Assembly (NCBI RefSeq): GCF_001194135.2
Contig: NC_068987.1
Location: forward strand, 50,102,683 to 50,166,682
Origin: Octopus bimaculoides
Taxonomy: Eukaryota
Length of the DNA: 64,000 nt
Direction of reading: 5' to 3'
How positions within the stretch are numbered: the stretch's first letter is position 1; each line of letters begins with the position of its first letter. The notes under the pieces are model-generated. The model saw only the letters and a list, made by a program, of their open reading frames with translations, made no database searches and was not told the origin of the DNA. This document shows, piece after piece, positions 1-12,003 of the stretch. The position numbers were made by a program, and so were the translations under genes.

Positions 1-282
1 CATTGAGAGTTCTTTGTTCACAGCTGAAAAGTTTAAGAGTTTGAAAATGTGGTGATGGTGGTGGTGTATTTTAGGAAATGACTCAACTGGGTTGTGAACT
101 CTTGTGTGTGTGTATGGGGGGGTGCGTGGTGAATATGCATGTATTCCAATGATAGTGTTTAAGCCCAAGCAATATCCACAAAATAACAGTGAGATGGGAT
201 TGGTGCACCCCCACACCACCTCAAGTCCCTTCATGGAGCAAACAGTTTGTTTTCCATCTGGTGTATGTTTATATATTTACAC

Positions 283-364
283 ATACAAACACACATAGAC
301 ACACACATATACTCTCACATACTCATGCACGCACACATGCACACACACACACGCACACACACAG
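283..364. repeat. Degenerate (CA)n microsatellite
   Basis: acacacatagacacacacat...acacacacag. Confidence 0.9.
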
Positions 365-526
365 AGGCTGCTGGTCTTCACCATTTTCTCTGTTTTCCAT
401 ATTTTTCTTCTCCTTTGCTTTTATTATTTTCTTTTTTCTTTTCTTCTGTCTCTATATAATATGTATGCACATACGTTTAAGTGTGTGCCACCCTACCACC
501 CACTCCTCATCTCTCATTCTCTCATA

Positions 527-1625
527 CAATTTCAGGAGAGGGGTTTAGTTGATTACATCAATCTCAGTTCTCAACTGGTACAAATTTTATTGACCCCAAA
601 AGGAGGAAAGGCATAATTAACCTTGGTGGAATTTGAACTCAGAACGTAAGGACAGACGAGATGCCACTATGCATTTTTCTTGGTGTGCAAATGATTCTGC
701 CAACTTGCTGCCTTGTTTAATAATAACAATATTGATTTCAAACTTTGGCACAAGGCCAGCAGGTTTGGGGAAGGGGCTAAGTCGATTACATCAACCCCAG
801 TGCTCAACTGGTATTTATTTTATCGACCCCCAAAAGGATGAAAGGCATAATCAACCTTGGCGGAGTTTGAATTCAGAATGTAAGGATGGACGAGAGGACA
901 CTAAACATTTTATCTGGCGTGCTAATGGTTCTGCCAACTCACCACCTTGTTTGATAGTAACAATATTGGTTTCTAATTTGGGCACAAGGCCAGTAACTTG
1001 TGGGGAGGGGGAAAGTCAATTACATTGATCCCAGTGCTCAACTGGTACTTTATTTTGTCAACTCCCAGAGGATGAAAGCTAAGAGGACCTCAGAGGAATT
1101 TTTACTCAGGATGTGAAGATGGACGAAATGGCACTAAGCATTTTGCCTGGTATGCAAATGTTCCTTATTTCTTTACTGCCCACAAGGGGCTAGACACAGA
1201 GGGGATAAACAAGGACAGACAAAGAGATTAAGTCGATTACATTGACCCCAGTGCGTTACTGGTACTTAATTTATCGATCTCGAAAGGATGAAAGGCAAAG
1301 TCAACTTTGGCGGAATTTGAACTCAGAACATAACGGCAGACGAAATATCGCTAAGCATTTCGACCGGCGTTCTAACGTTTCTGCCAGCTTGCCACCTTGT
1401 TTCATAATAGTTTCAAATTTTGGCACAAGGCCTGCAATTTCGGGGAAGGGGTAAGTCAATTACATTGACTCTAGTACTTAACTGGTACTTATTTTATTGA
1501 CTCCGAAAGGATGACAGGTAAAGTCAACCTTGGCAAAATTTGAAATCAGAACATGAAGACAAATGAAATGCCACTAAGCATTTTGCCTGGTATGCAAATG
1601 TTTCAGCCAGCTTGCTGCCTTGTTT
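527..1625 (-). mobile_element. Head-to-tail array of five tRNA-derived SINE copies (family A, ~230-bp unit)
   Basis: The unit gattacat-ccccagtg-ctggta-ttttat-gaccc-aaaggatgaaaggc-aatttgaactcagaac-ctaagcattt-ctgcca recurs at ~527, 735, 970, 1163 and 1408. The reverse complement has a B-box-like GAGTTCAAATTC. Confidence 0.85.
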
Positions 1626-2245
1626 AATAATAATAATAATGATAATATTGAGCTAATTGTATACAGTGCTCTGGTGCACTACAACTTGTTGGAAAAAGGT
1701 AAAGGAGAAGACAGAAAGCAATAATTTAAAACAAAAGACAGTAATGAATACTAAAAGTGCATGCTTAGAACACAAGAAAAATACAAAAAGTGAACAATAA
1801 CAGAGCCTTAAAGAGGAAAGGGTGCATAGGTATGTCAAGGGTAGTGTTATTGAATTTCAGGCAAGATGGAAGTTTTGGAGGATGCCTTTTATCCTTCCAG
1901 GGCTGATAAAATAAGTACAAGTCAAGAACTATTGTTGTTTAAATCATGTTTTAATTGACTATGCCCATTATCAAAAATAGGTGGCCCTGAATCTCAGTTA
2001 CAAATCATTACTTAGATCAGTGTTTTCACAATCTGTCTTGTCCCCACACCCAANNNNNNNNNNNNNNNNNNNNNNNNNNNNNNNNNNNNNNNNNNNNNNN
2101 NNNNNNNNNNNNNNNNNNNNNNNNNNNNNNNNNNNNNNNNNNNNNNNNNNNNNNNNNNNNNNNNNNNNNNNNNNNNNNNNNNNNNNNNNNNNNNNNNNNN
2201 NNNNNNNNNNNNNNNNNNNNNNNNNNNNNNNNNNNNNNNNNNNNA

Positions 2246-2620
2246 TTCTCTTATTTGTTTCGGTCATTTGACTGTGGCCATGCTGGAGTACCTCCTTTAG
2301 TCAAACAAATCAACCCCAGGACTTATTCTTTGTAAGCCTAGTACTTATTCTATCTGGCTCTTTTGTTGAACCGCTAAATTACGGGGACATAAACACACCA
2401 GCATCGGTTGTCAAGCAATGTTGGGGGGACAAACACAGACACACAAACATATACATATGCATATATATAAGATGGGCTTCTTTCAGTTTCCGTCTACCAA
2501 ATCCACTCACAAGGCTTTGGTAGGCTATAGTAGATGACACTTACCCACAGTGCCATGCAGTGGGACTGAACCCAGAACCATGTGGTTGGTAAGCAAGCTA
2601 CTTACCACACAACCACCCCT
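2246..2620 (-). mobile_element. tRNA-derived SINE, family B (OK/OR-type octopus SINE)
   Basis: Reverse complement aligns to the + copy at 17716-18188 (ctgaaagaagccc, ggggtcgatttg, cagcatggccacagtcaaatgac). Confidence 0.85.
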
Positions 2621-2970
2621 GACAAAAATCTAAAGGCTGCACTAGTATGGTTATGTGATACATATGGATAATGATAGCTGTTCTTATCCTTTTATTGTAC
2701 TCTTGCCACTGAACATCTGGCATAAGATACCTTCCCTAGTCAAGAGGTCTAGTCTTATGAGATATATGGTAACTCTTCTACTGCTGGTGACACATAAAAT
2801 CATGCAGTATACTGGATTGGCTTTAGGAAGGGCATCTGGCCATAGAAATTATGCTAAAACAGATATTAAAACACAATACAGACCTCTGAGCTGTTAGATC
2901 CTGTCAAACCATCCAATAGAAGCCAGTATGGAATACAGATGCTAAATAATAATAATGATATATTCTAAAG

Positions 2971-3172
2971 TATGGTTGTGTGGTTAAGAATTTTGCTTCC
3001 CAACCACACTATTTTGGGGTTCAGTCCTACAGTGTAACACCTTGGGCAAATGTCTTTTGCTATAACCTCGGGGCTTTAGCAAAAGAGTGGATTTGCTAAA
3101 TGGAAACTGAGTAAAGCTTATTGTGTATCATTGCATATATGTGTGTTTGTGTTTGTGTCTCATTGTTTTAGA
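2971..3172 (+). mobile_element. SINE family B 5' half
   Basis: tggttgtgtggttaagaattttgcttcccaacc...gggttcagtcct...caccttgggcaaatgtc head. Confidence 0.7.
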
Positions 3173-3177
3173 TATCG

Positions 3178-3535
3178 CATCATCATCATCATCATTATCA
3201 TTTAATGTCTATTTTCCATGCTGGCATGGGTTGGACAGTTTCATTGAAAACTGGTAAGCTGTACCAGATTCCAATCTGATTTGGAATGGTTTCTACAGCT
3301 GGATGCCCTACTTAATACCAACCACTCCAAGAGTGTAAGTGGGTGCTTTTTACATGTCACTGGCAAGGGTGCCAGTTGCAAAATGCTGGCATTGGCCATG
3401 ACTATGTTCTCGCTTGGCTTGATAAGTCTTCTCAAGCATGGTATATTGCTAAAGGTTTCAGTTACTTGTCACTGCCTCCAGGAGGACCAAAGTTTGAAGG
3501 TGCATTTTATATTACACCGGCACAGGTGCCAGTAA
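3178..3535 (-). mobile_element. RTE-clade LINE 3' tail fragment
   Basis: Reverse complement of the 3' UTR and (GAT)n tail seen at 12004-12785 and 31440-32186, plus a piece of the HDL.TLGL coding end. Confidence 0.7.
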
Positions 3536-5194
3536 TAGTTAAAATCAAGCATCACTGTAATGCAAACAATATTTTTCATATCTAGTCTTCCACAAAAACA
3601 TGTCCAGCCAGTGGCAAAATATTACCTTACTTGGAAACTGGTGAGGGCTAATGACAGGATGGATATCAACCATAAAATATCTGTCTCAATGAATTCTCTT
3701 CTGACCTGTGCAAACATGGAAAAGTGAATGTTATAATGATGACAATGAATACATTCAAAAGAAGTTTTTTAATTAAAACTTTATTGCAAATTTTATTCAC
3801 TTCTTACGTATTTATACCCCACTAGTGAGGTGTATGCTCTACTTTCAGTAACACTGGCCTAGATCTACCAACATTTTCAAAAGGTCTTATCTTTAGACAT
3901 TTTAGGGTTTCTAAAAGCACAAAATAAGGATAATTAGGTTAGGTCTTATAAAAACTGAATAGATAATATTCAGCTTGAATTGTTGCTACTCTTACTTTTC
4001 TTTTACTCATTTCACTCAATGCTAAGGCACTATGTTGAAGAGTTTAGTCAAACAAATCAATTTTCCAAACTACTGCCAAGTGGCAGGGAGGAATAAACAC
4101 AGACACACACACAACACAGTTTCTACCTACCAAATTCACTCATAGATGGCATTGGTAATAGAAAACAATTGTTCAAGGTGCCATGCAAAACCATGTGGTT
4201 GCAAATGAAATTTCTCAAACCACACAGTTATACCTTAGTGGGGAGGGGAGACTTTGCAAGGAAGAAAATTCCAGATTAATAGAATTTTGTTTTGAGAACT
4301 GAGAATTGGAATAAAATGTTTAGGACCTTCGGCAGAGGTGACTCAGAGAAGAGGGGAGAGAGGTAGATGTGGGTTTAGGTGGGAAAATATTTTATCGGCA
4401 AGTTCGAGTTGTAGGGAATACTGTAAATCAATTAGCTGCCTTAGAACAAGGCAAAGAATCATAACAGAAGTTTAAATATATGCATATGTATGTGTGGGTG
4501 GGTACGTGTATGAGCGTCGAATATCGGAGTCTATTATTTAATGAAAGTAATATAAGAATATTGGCGATGGCAGTTGTGGTGGGGGAATATACATCTTGTT
4601 CGCTCCTGGCCTCACATTTTTCTTTATTTGTTCGATTCCGTTTCTGGTTCAAGAGGTAGAAATGTTAAAGGCAGTGTGAGTTAGAAGTTAAAAAACGAAA
4701 GGAAATTTAATAAAATATTAGGAAAATATTCATAACTTGTAGACGTGACTGAGATGCATGATAAGTCAATGTTTCACTTGGTGCAACATATGTGCATGTA
4801 TGTATGTCAAAATATCTTTCTACTTCCTCGAAGTAGATGTATTTTCCCATCAAGGTTTGATAATACAGATGTTACCACTGTGTGTGTGTGTGATACCTCT
4901 GAGTGAGTATGTGTTAATAATCTTTCTTCAAAGGATGTTTACAGTCATTTAATGGTATGAACCTGTGTGAGTATATATACTCAGGTTATGAGTGTGTTGA
5001 TATTTAAAAGTTTTACGTGTACGTGCGTGCGTGTGTATGCATAACAATGTTTCTTTTTATCTGATTAGATATGCGTGTCTACTCGTCACTGTTCAAGCAT
5101 GTATGTGTTCCTACAGTTGTGTATGTGTTTTGTCTATAACTTCCACAGTATGTTTGTTTTGCGTTTGTTGAGGAGTGGAACCGTAATAGCGAGA

Positions 5195-5520
5195 AATCAG
5201 AGAAAAGAAAGAAAGGAAGTGAAGAAGATAAAGATGAAGAGGCGGGGGCGGGGACAAGTTAAAGGGAAAGTAAGCAAAGAAGGGAGGGAGAGAGACAGTG
5301 AACAAGATGATGAGAGGAAGAGAAAAAGAGTTAACCGAAGGGGGTAGGAGAGAAAAAGAACAAGATGAAGGCGAGAGTGAACGAGAAAAAGGGGGGAAAT
5401 AAGGAAAGTGAGAAAAATGAAGAGGGGGAGTGAGAGAGAAATAAAAATAGTGAAAGAGAAAGAGGACAACTAAGAGGCGAACTGAGAGCGAAAGAAAGAG
5501 TGAGAGCCCGAGAAGCAGAC
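5195..5520. repeat. Purine-rich (GA) low-complexity tract
   Basis: Almost entirely A/G over ~320 nt; explains ORFs 5075-5347 and 5197-5469. Confidence 0.9.
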
Positions 5521-8311
5521 AGAAGTAAACGTCTGCAAAGCACGTAGAGGATGTCTCTTAACCTTATTTGGTGCAGTAAATTCGACAAGCTACTTTTAGT
5601 GAGGTCTCAAGTTTCCTCTATCTTAAACTACAAAAAAAAAAAAAAATGACAAAGAGAAACCAGCTGTAAATTTGCTATCGTTTTCCATTCACAATTCCTT
5701 TTATTCTAATATCTCTTACGCTAGTTTTTCTTTTAAACTTCTAAATAGTAGTAAAAGTATGGAACCAAATCAAGCAGAGAGCAATANNNNNNNNNNNNNN
5801 NNNNNNNNNNNNNNNNNNNNNNNNNNNNNNNNNNNNNNNNNNNNNNNNNNNNNNNNNNNNNNNNNNNNNNNNNNNNNNNNNNNNNNNNNNNNNNNNNNNN
5901 NNNNNNNNNNNNNNNNNNNNNNNNNNNNNNNNNNNNNNNNNNNNNNNNNNNNNNNNNNNNNNNNNNNNNNNNNNNNNNNNNNNNNNNNNNNNNNNNNNNN
6001 NNNNNNNNNNNNNNNNNNNNNNNNNNNNNNNNNNNNNNNNNNNNNNNNNNNNNNNNNNNNNNNNNNNNNNNNNNNNNNNNNNNNNNNNNNNNNNNNNNNN
6101 NNNNNNNNNNNNNNNNNNNNNNNNNNNNNNNNNNNNNNNNNNNNNNNNNNNNNNNNNNNNNNNNNNNNNNNNNNNNNNNNNNNNNNNNNNNNNNNNNNNN
6201 NNNNNNNNNNNNNNNNNNNNNNNNNNNNNNNNNNNNNNNNNNNNNNNNNNNNNNNNNNNNNNNNNNNNNNNNNNNNNNNNNNNNNNNNNNNNNNNNNNNN
6301 NNNNNNNNNNNNNNNNNNNNNNNNNNNNNNNNNNNNNNNNNNNNNNNNNNNNNNNNNNNNNNNNNNNNNNNNNNNNNNNNNNNNNNNNNNNNNNNNNNNN
6401 NNNNNNNNNNNNNNNNNNNNNNNNNNNNNNNNNNNNNNNNNNNNNNNNNNNNNNNNNNNNNNNNNNNNNNNNNNNNNNNNNNNNNNNNNNNNNNNNNNNN
6501 NNNNNNNNNNNNATATTTATATATAATTCAGTTAGAGGTTATGTTAGCCTCATGAAAGGATCGTGTCATCCAAGGAAATACTACTAGTTCAAAACCTAAT
6601 ATTTTTTTTGGGGGGGGGGGGAATTGATTTCTTTAAAATAATAGGTTTGAATATAAACTGTAGTTTATATTCATGCAAAGGAAAAAGAAGAAAATGGAGA
6701 TTTTGAAGTTAAGAGTTTATTATCAGCAACAAATCGGTCATTATCCCTTACAGCTGTTTCAATTATATACAATGAAATTAATTAAATATTAAATTCATAT
6801 TTCTGAGCATTATCTCTTCAGAGGGAAAAAATATACCCTTAGAGGTTATGTACGTCTGTTTGTAGATTGAATGATACTGTTTATGATTTGTATTTATGTT
6901 TTGGTGAGGGGTTTGAAGGTTGGTTGGAGGTAGGATAGAGTAGGTAAATAGAATTAGAGTAATAAATGAATGAATAAATAGAGATTATAGAGTAAATTAC
7001 AATATTAATAAAGTACAATATAAATGAGGTGAGGCAGTAAAGTACACTTGTAAGTTGTGTATACAGGTGTGAAAGTTTGTATATATATATATATATATAT
7101 ATATATGATTACAACCAAAATAAAGGATTTGCAGCATATTAGGAGGTCAGGGTACTTGATTCCACACAAAAAAATCAAATTTTTTGTTTTTTTTCTTAGT
7201 GTAAATCGTGCAGGTGTTAATATAGAAATTTACCATTATGTTGTTGTTATTTAGCCTCAAATCAACCCTGATATTGCAAACATATCATCAAAGACATTCC
7301 AGCCTTCAGTAAACTGTCTTTTTAGGGATAATCTAGGACATTACATACAATGGGCGTGTGATTTAGGTAGGGGAATACTTTGGCTGCAATTTTTAGCGTG
7401 TCGAGCGACCAGGTAGAGGCTCTTTTATTGGTTTGATTGCGTGGTGAGATTTTTTTTTATATATATATAATATGTATATATATCATCGGCAGAAGTTAGA
7501 GAGTAAGTCAAAAGCTGAGAGTTTCGTGTATTGGCACTTATCAAACACGAATTTATCCGTTGTCACTCTGTAACTTCTGTCGAAATAATTTTTAAAATAC
7601 AAAATTTTGTCAAAAACGTTAAGAGTAAACTCTGTTCTATGTGACACATTCTACCAGTATCGGAAGTTTGAAAGTGTTTAGTTAAAAAAAGATAATTAAA
7701 TGATCTGTATGTCAAAGTTGACCTTGGCAAAATTTGAACTCAAAATGTAGACAAACGAAATACCGCTAAGCATTTAGCTCAGCATGCTAACTTCTCTGCT
7801 AGCTTGCTGCCTTAGAATGTAAGCATTCATTTTAGAAATATATTCTTTATTCTTATTGCTTAATCGTTACTTCTTACTTCCTTGCTTACTGACAAAATTT
7901 TGTAACATTTTACCTCATAACTGTTTTTCTACTAACTTTTGTTCAATGCGACTAATGATTCTGAATTCCTCATGCATTTTTCTATCATTTAAGCCTAAGA
8001 AAGGTATACTTTTAATTCAAAATTTAAAAATTTATGTTAATTGAAGATGAATATCTGCCTTACTGCCTACTTGAGGTCTGACATATTTTGATGTAACTTT
8101 TTTTCTACTGAACCAAATCTCAAACTATTTATGCCAAAGTGTAGCTGAGGAGGTGTCCTCTTTAAAACTATTAACAGTTTGCAACTTAGTTGAGAACTGA
8201 ATTAGTGGTGAAGCTTGGAAGATGCTGCAATTGACAAAATGGTGGACTTAAGAATATATTCAACCACTACCATGGTTGAATGATAAATATGTACATACAC
8301 ATATTGATGCA

Positions 8312-8359
<48 letters not shown>

Positions 8360-8677
8360 ATGTGTGTGTGTGCACAACATGCATCAATATTTAGTTAAGG
8401 ATGTGTTATTAATACAAGGTAAGAGTGTGAATAATAGTCAAACATATAAATGTTACCAAGTGTATATGCTCAAATGTTGGTAGGAGGTTACTACAGGAGG
8501 TTATACAGCTGAGGTGATGGGTATAGAATAATGTTAAATTTAGGTGTAATGCAGGTAGATATCAATATTATTAGTAGAATAGTTAGGTAAGAGTTAGGAG
8601 GGAGGTAATTTATATTAGTAGAACTAAAGAGTAAAAGGGAATATATAAATATTCCAGTGAGGGTGATAATAAGTCAA

Positions 8678-9345
8678 TTATTTAAATTTAGAAAAGACAT
8701 ATTTTCCTGCATGAACCCAAGAAATATTTTTCTCATTTCTTAAGTTAAATAGGGTATTCCTAGATATAATGATAAAGAAAGCTTCTGTGATACAAAGCTG
8801 ATATTTTTTGTTGTCAACTTTATAAGCTGGTGCAGAAGCAATGATATCCCATTTAATTTCAAATTCAATATTATTATCTTTTAATTCCCATATAAATTTA
8901 CTTAATCCAGTGAAGTTGATTTTCTGTTTATTTTTAAAAGATTGGAGATGGTTAGCCATCTGAATCTTAGCCTTATTTTCCATTGAGCCAATATAAAAAT
9001 ATTTTTTGCCTTGAGTTATAACAGTGCATTGATATACTACATGTTTTCTTTTACATGAATTCTTAAATTTACAATTAGTTTTAACTCTAAAAAAATTTTT
9101 CATAAATATTGTTATGTGTGAATCTGTTAGAAGAATTTGTATTAGTCGTGTTAGCATGGGTTTTTATGCTTCCATTATTGGGATTTATATGAGCTTGATT
9201 ATTGGGGTTAGTGGAATTTGGGAGATATAATTTAAGTTTAGGGGAATTAGTAGAATTATTGTTATGGGTATTTCTATTGGTGTAGAATTTATTTAATTTT
9301 TTGTCATTAATTGATGATATAATTTGATGACAAATTATATGATAA
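8678..9345 (-). mobile_element. Penelope-like element, 5'-truncated: linker plus GIY-YIG endonuclease
   Basis: ORF 8678-9157 reads C..C KHVVYQC...FYIGS...NHLQSF...TGLSKFIWELK...IKWDII...Y...LCITEAFFII...N. The upstream frame (9087-9410) has QIISSINDKKLN followed by an Asn-rich linker. Confidence 0.85.
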
Positions 9346-9364
9346 TTATATGACAAGAGAATTA

Positions 9365-10918
9365 TATAAATTATATAATGATTCATATTTCCCGTACCAT
9401 AAACCCTCAACTAATTTAAAATATATTAGCCCATTCAGTAATCATTCAAAGGCTATTACTAGGAATTTAGTTAGAAATATTTCTCTTAGACTTTCTAGAT
9501 TATCTGTCAATGTTGATATCTTCAACGATGAAATTGAATTTTATAACCTTGCCTTACTTAAAGCAGGCTATAAAGAAAAAAAATTACCTATTGACATTAA
9601 TTCTACCTCTATTAATCAGGGCATGAAAACACGTCATAACAGTAATAACAATATGTTAGTTTGAATAACAACTCTAAATCAAAAAATGTAGTTTTGCAGC
9701 GTAAGGGAGATGACCATTCTTTGAGACCCTTTTTACGTTATGAAAGCAAATATAGGACTTTTAAAGATAATTACCCTAACAACAAGGTGTGTCCTAGTAA
9801 AACTGTTTGGTGGATAATTCCATATATTGAGCAGATCAATTCCAACTTCCCTTACCAGTTTTGTGAAGCTATAGATAAGAATTTCTCCCAAAATTCAAGA
9901 TACCCTTCCATTATCAATTCGCACCGAATTAGAACAGGGTTTTCAAACACCAAAAACCTTTCACAGATCATCTCTTCACATAACAATAAGTTGTTAAATA
10001 CAAATCACCTTAATGAAAATAATAACATTGATATTATTAACACTAACCATTCTTTGAACAATAATAACAACAATATTAGTATTTCTGATATAAATTCGAA
10101 TTGCATTCATTTCCTTAGCAGTAATTCTAAGACTAGAAACTCTGTTTATCAATGTAAAATTACTTCTGGTTCTTTTTTTTACACAGGTAGTTCTTCATCT
10201 CAGTTGTCCAAAAGAATATCTAACCATTACTCTACATTTAGATATATCAATAAACGCAACAATACTGGGCTTAGTACATTAATTTGGTCTCTAATGGAAC
10301 ATAATAAACAATTTGGTTTGGAATGGAATATTCTATCTAGATTCTTTCCATATAATAAAGGTAAATACTTTAGTCTGCTCTGTACCAAAGAACAGTGTCT
10401 CATTTTGTCCTCGGAGAATTCCCTTGTAAACGCGTTTAAAGAATGCGTTTATTGTTGCAAACATTGACAAAAACATACCTTTAGTTCCTGTAAGTAGTTT
10501 CAACCAATCTATATAATTCAACTTTTGACTATCTTCTTACATTTCATTTCTACTACATATACCTGCATGCCTTTAAGCTTTATTTCCACTCATCTATTGC
10601 ACTATATTTCCCCACTCTTAATTTTCTGTTAATTTCTTTCTTCCTCCTCCTCCTCCTCTTTCTCTAAATTGCCTTTGATGTTATATCTATTAACGGTTAA
10701 AAAAAATAACTTGCCAGCATTTCCTTCATCATATACGTGGTCATCACATTCGGTTCAAATGGCTTATTGATATGTTTTGTTTCTCTTTTTTCTCCTGATG
10801 AGATGGTTACATTGTTTTACATCATGTTATTCCCTCTGGAATAATACCAATGTTTTTTTCAAAACATATGTTGGAAGTATAAAGATTTGAATAACACCTG
10901 CATTTAACTCCATTTCTT
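9365..10918 (+). mobile_element. Penelope-like element, 5'-truncated: RT C-terminus, linker, GIY-YIG endonuclease and 3' terminal repeat (frameshifted)
   Basis: 9350-9664: YFPYHKPS..KYISPFSNHS..I...ISLRLSRLS..F....YNLALLKAGY. 9661-10467: WWIIPY...NLSQIISSHNNKLL...SVYQC...FYTGS...KRISNHYSTF...TGLSTLIWSL...LEWNIL...LCTKEQ..I...N. Confidence 0.9.
10791..10877 (+). ncRNA. Decayed minimal type I hammerhead ribozyme, copy 1
   Basis: tctc-CTGATGA(10795)-60-nt stem II-cAAAA(GAAA mutated)-CATATG-TT-GGAAG. Confidence 0.6.
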
Positions 10919-10919
10919 A

Positions 10920-10920
<1 letters not shown>

Positions 10921-10996
<76 letters not shown>
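10921..10996. repeat. (CT)n(TA)n microsatellite
   Basis: Direct reading. Confidence 0.95.
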
Positions 10997-11451
10997 TACG
11001 TGTTTTGATCAATAAGTATCCGGACTGTTGCCATAGTAATGAAGCTAAAGCATGCAGAGTGAAGCCGCTTGGCACAGATTGACTTTGAAATCTGTTGTGC
11101 ATGCAAACTAAGTTTTAACATTTTAGCTCACTTCTGCTGTTTACAGCAGTGCTTGGAAGGAAGGTGTGTAGTGTGTGAGCATCGCATTGACCATGACAAG
11201 AAAGTTGAGCAGAGAATCTGCATCAGATTTTGCTAAATGTTTGGCAATACCTGCTCAGAGGCATATGCAAAATTTTCAAAAAGTTTTCATCATTCTCGAC
11301 TCAGTTGAGGAGATCTTGTGTAACTAAATCTGAGTGTGTTTTTGGTCAGCTGAAAGCAGTTTTGGCACAAACTTGGAAGACACACATTTCATACCCAAAT
11401 CTTCAGTGATAATGGACTGAACTGAACTGTAACTAATCTGCAGATCCTCTG
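10997..11451. mobile_element. Mariner remnant: left TIR and transposase N-terminus (+) joined to an inverted internal piece (-)
   Basis: TA|TACGTGTTTTGATCAATAAGTATCCGGAC TIR-like end. + strand: EQRICIRFC*MFGNTCSEAYAK (11207-11276). - strand: EDLQISYSSVQSIITEDLGMKCVSSKFVPKLLSADQK (11282-11451). Confidence 0.8.
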
Positions 11452-11909
11452 TTATTGCAAACATTGGCAGAAACATACCTTTGTTTCCTATAAGTAATTT
11501 TTACCAATCTATAAAATTCGACCTTTAACTGTCTTACATTTCATTTCCACTAAATATATCTATTCCCATGCCTTTAAGCTTTATTTCCATTCATCTTATG
11601 CTCTACATTTCTCCACTCTTGGTTTTCTACTATTTTCTTTCTTGTCCTTCTTTCTCTAAATTTCATTTGACATTAAATCTATTAACGGTTTTTTTAAAAA
11701 ATAACTTGCTAGCATTCTCTCCATCAGATACACAGTCATTACATTTGGTTAAAATGGCTTACTGATGTTGTTTCACTTTTTTTCCCTAATGAGAAGATCA
11801 CATTGTTTTACATCATTTTATTCCCTCTGGAATAACACCAATGTTTTCTTTGAAACATACGTCGGAAGTATAAAGATTTGAATAACGCCTGCATTTAACT
11901 CCATTTCTT
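11450..11909 (+). repeat. Second copy of the Penelope 3' terminal repeat (direct repeat of 10450-10918)
   Basis: Colinear from ttgcaaacattg...aaacatacc to gcatttaactccatttctt; roughly 75-80% identical by eye. Confidence 0.9.
11782..11868 (+). ncRNA. Decayed minimal type I hammerhead ribozyme, copy 2
   Basis: ttcc-CTAATGA(11786)-gaaga..acattg/caatgt..tcttt stem II-GAAA(11852)-CATACG-TC-GGAAG. Confidence 0.65.
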
Positions 11910-11967
11910 TATTTATCTGTTATACAAAAAATATTTCACTAAACCTTTTAAGTAGGCTGTTTACATT

Positions 11968-12000
<33 letters not shown>

Positions 12001-12003
12001 CGA

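Noticed and set aside
5562-5571. CArG box CCTTATTTGG (also at 28426 and ~61724) as an SRF site for vinculin
   Set aside because: About four such 10-mers are expected by chance in 64 kb at this composition, and one lies inside a repeat
5672-6526. 284-aa ORF, and other long ORFs at 16743, 37577, 58991 and 59089
   Set aside because: Open only because of N-gaps and microsatellites
6790-6830. Minus-strand CTGAAGA...AGAAA hammerhead-like spacing
   Set aside because: No convincing stem I or stem III and no NUH site
7830-8290. Possible decayed minus-strand Penelope endonuclease tail (IKSIPFLGLNDRKMHEEFRII)
   Set aside because: Similarity is too weak and interrupted to call by eye
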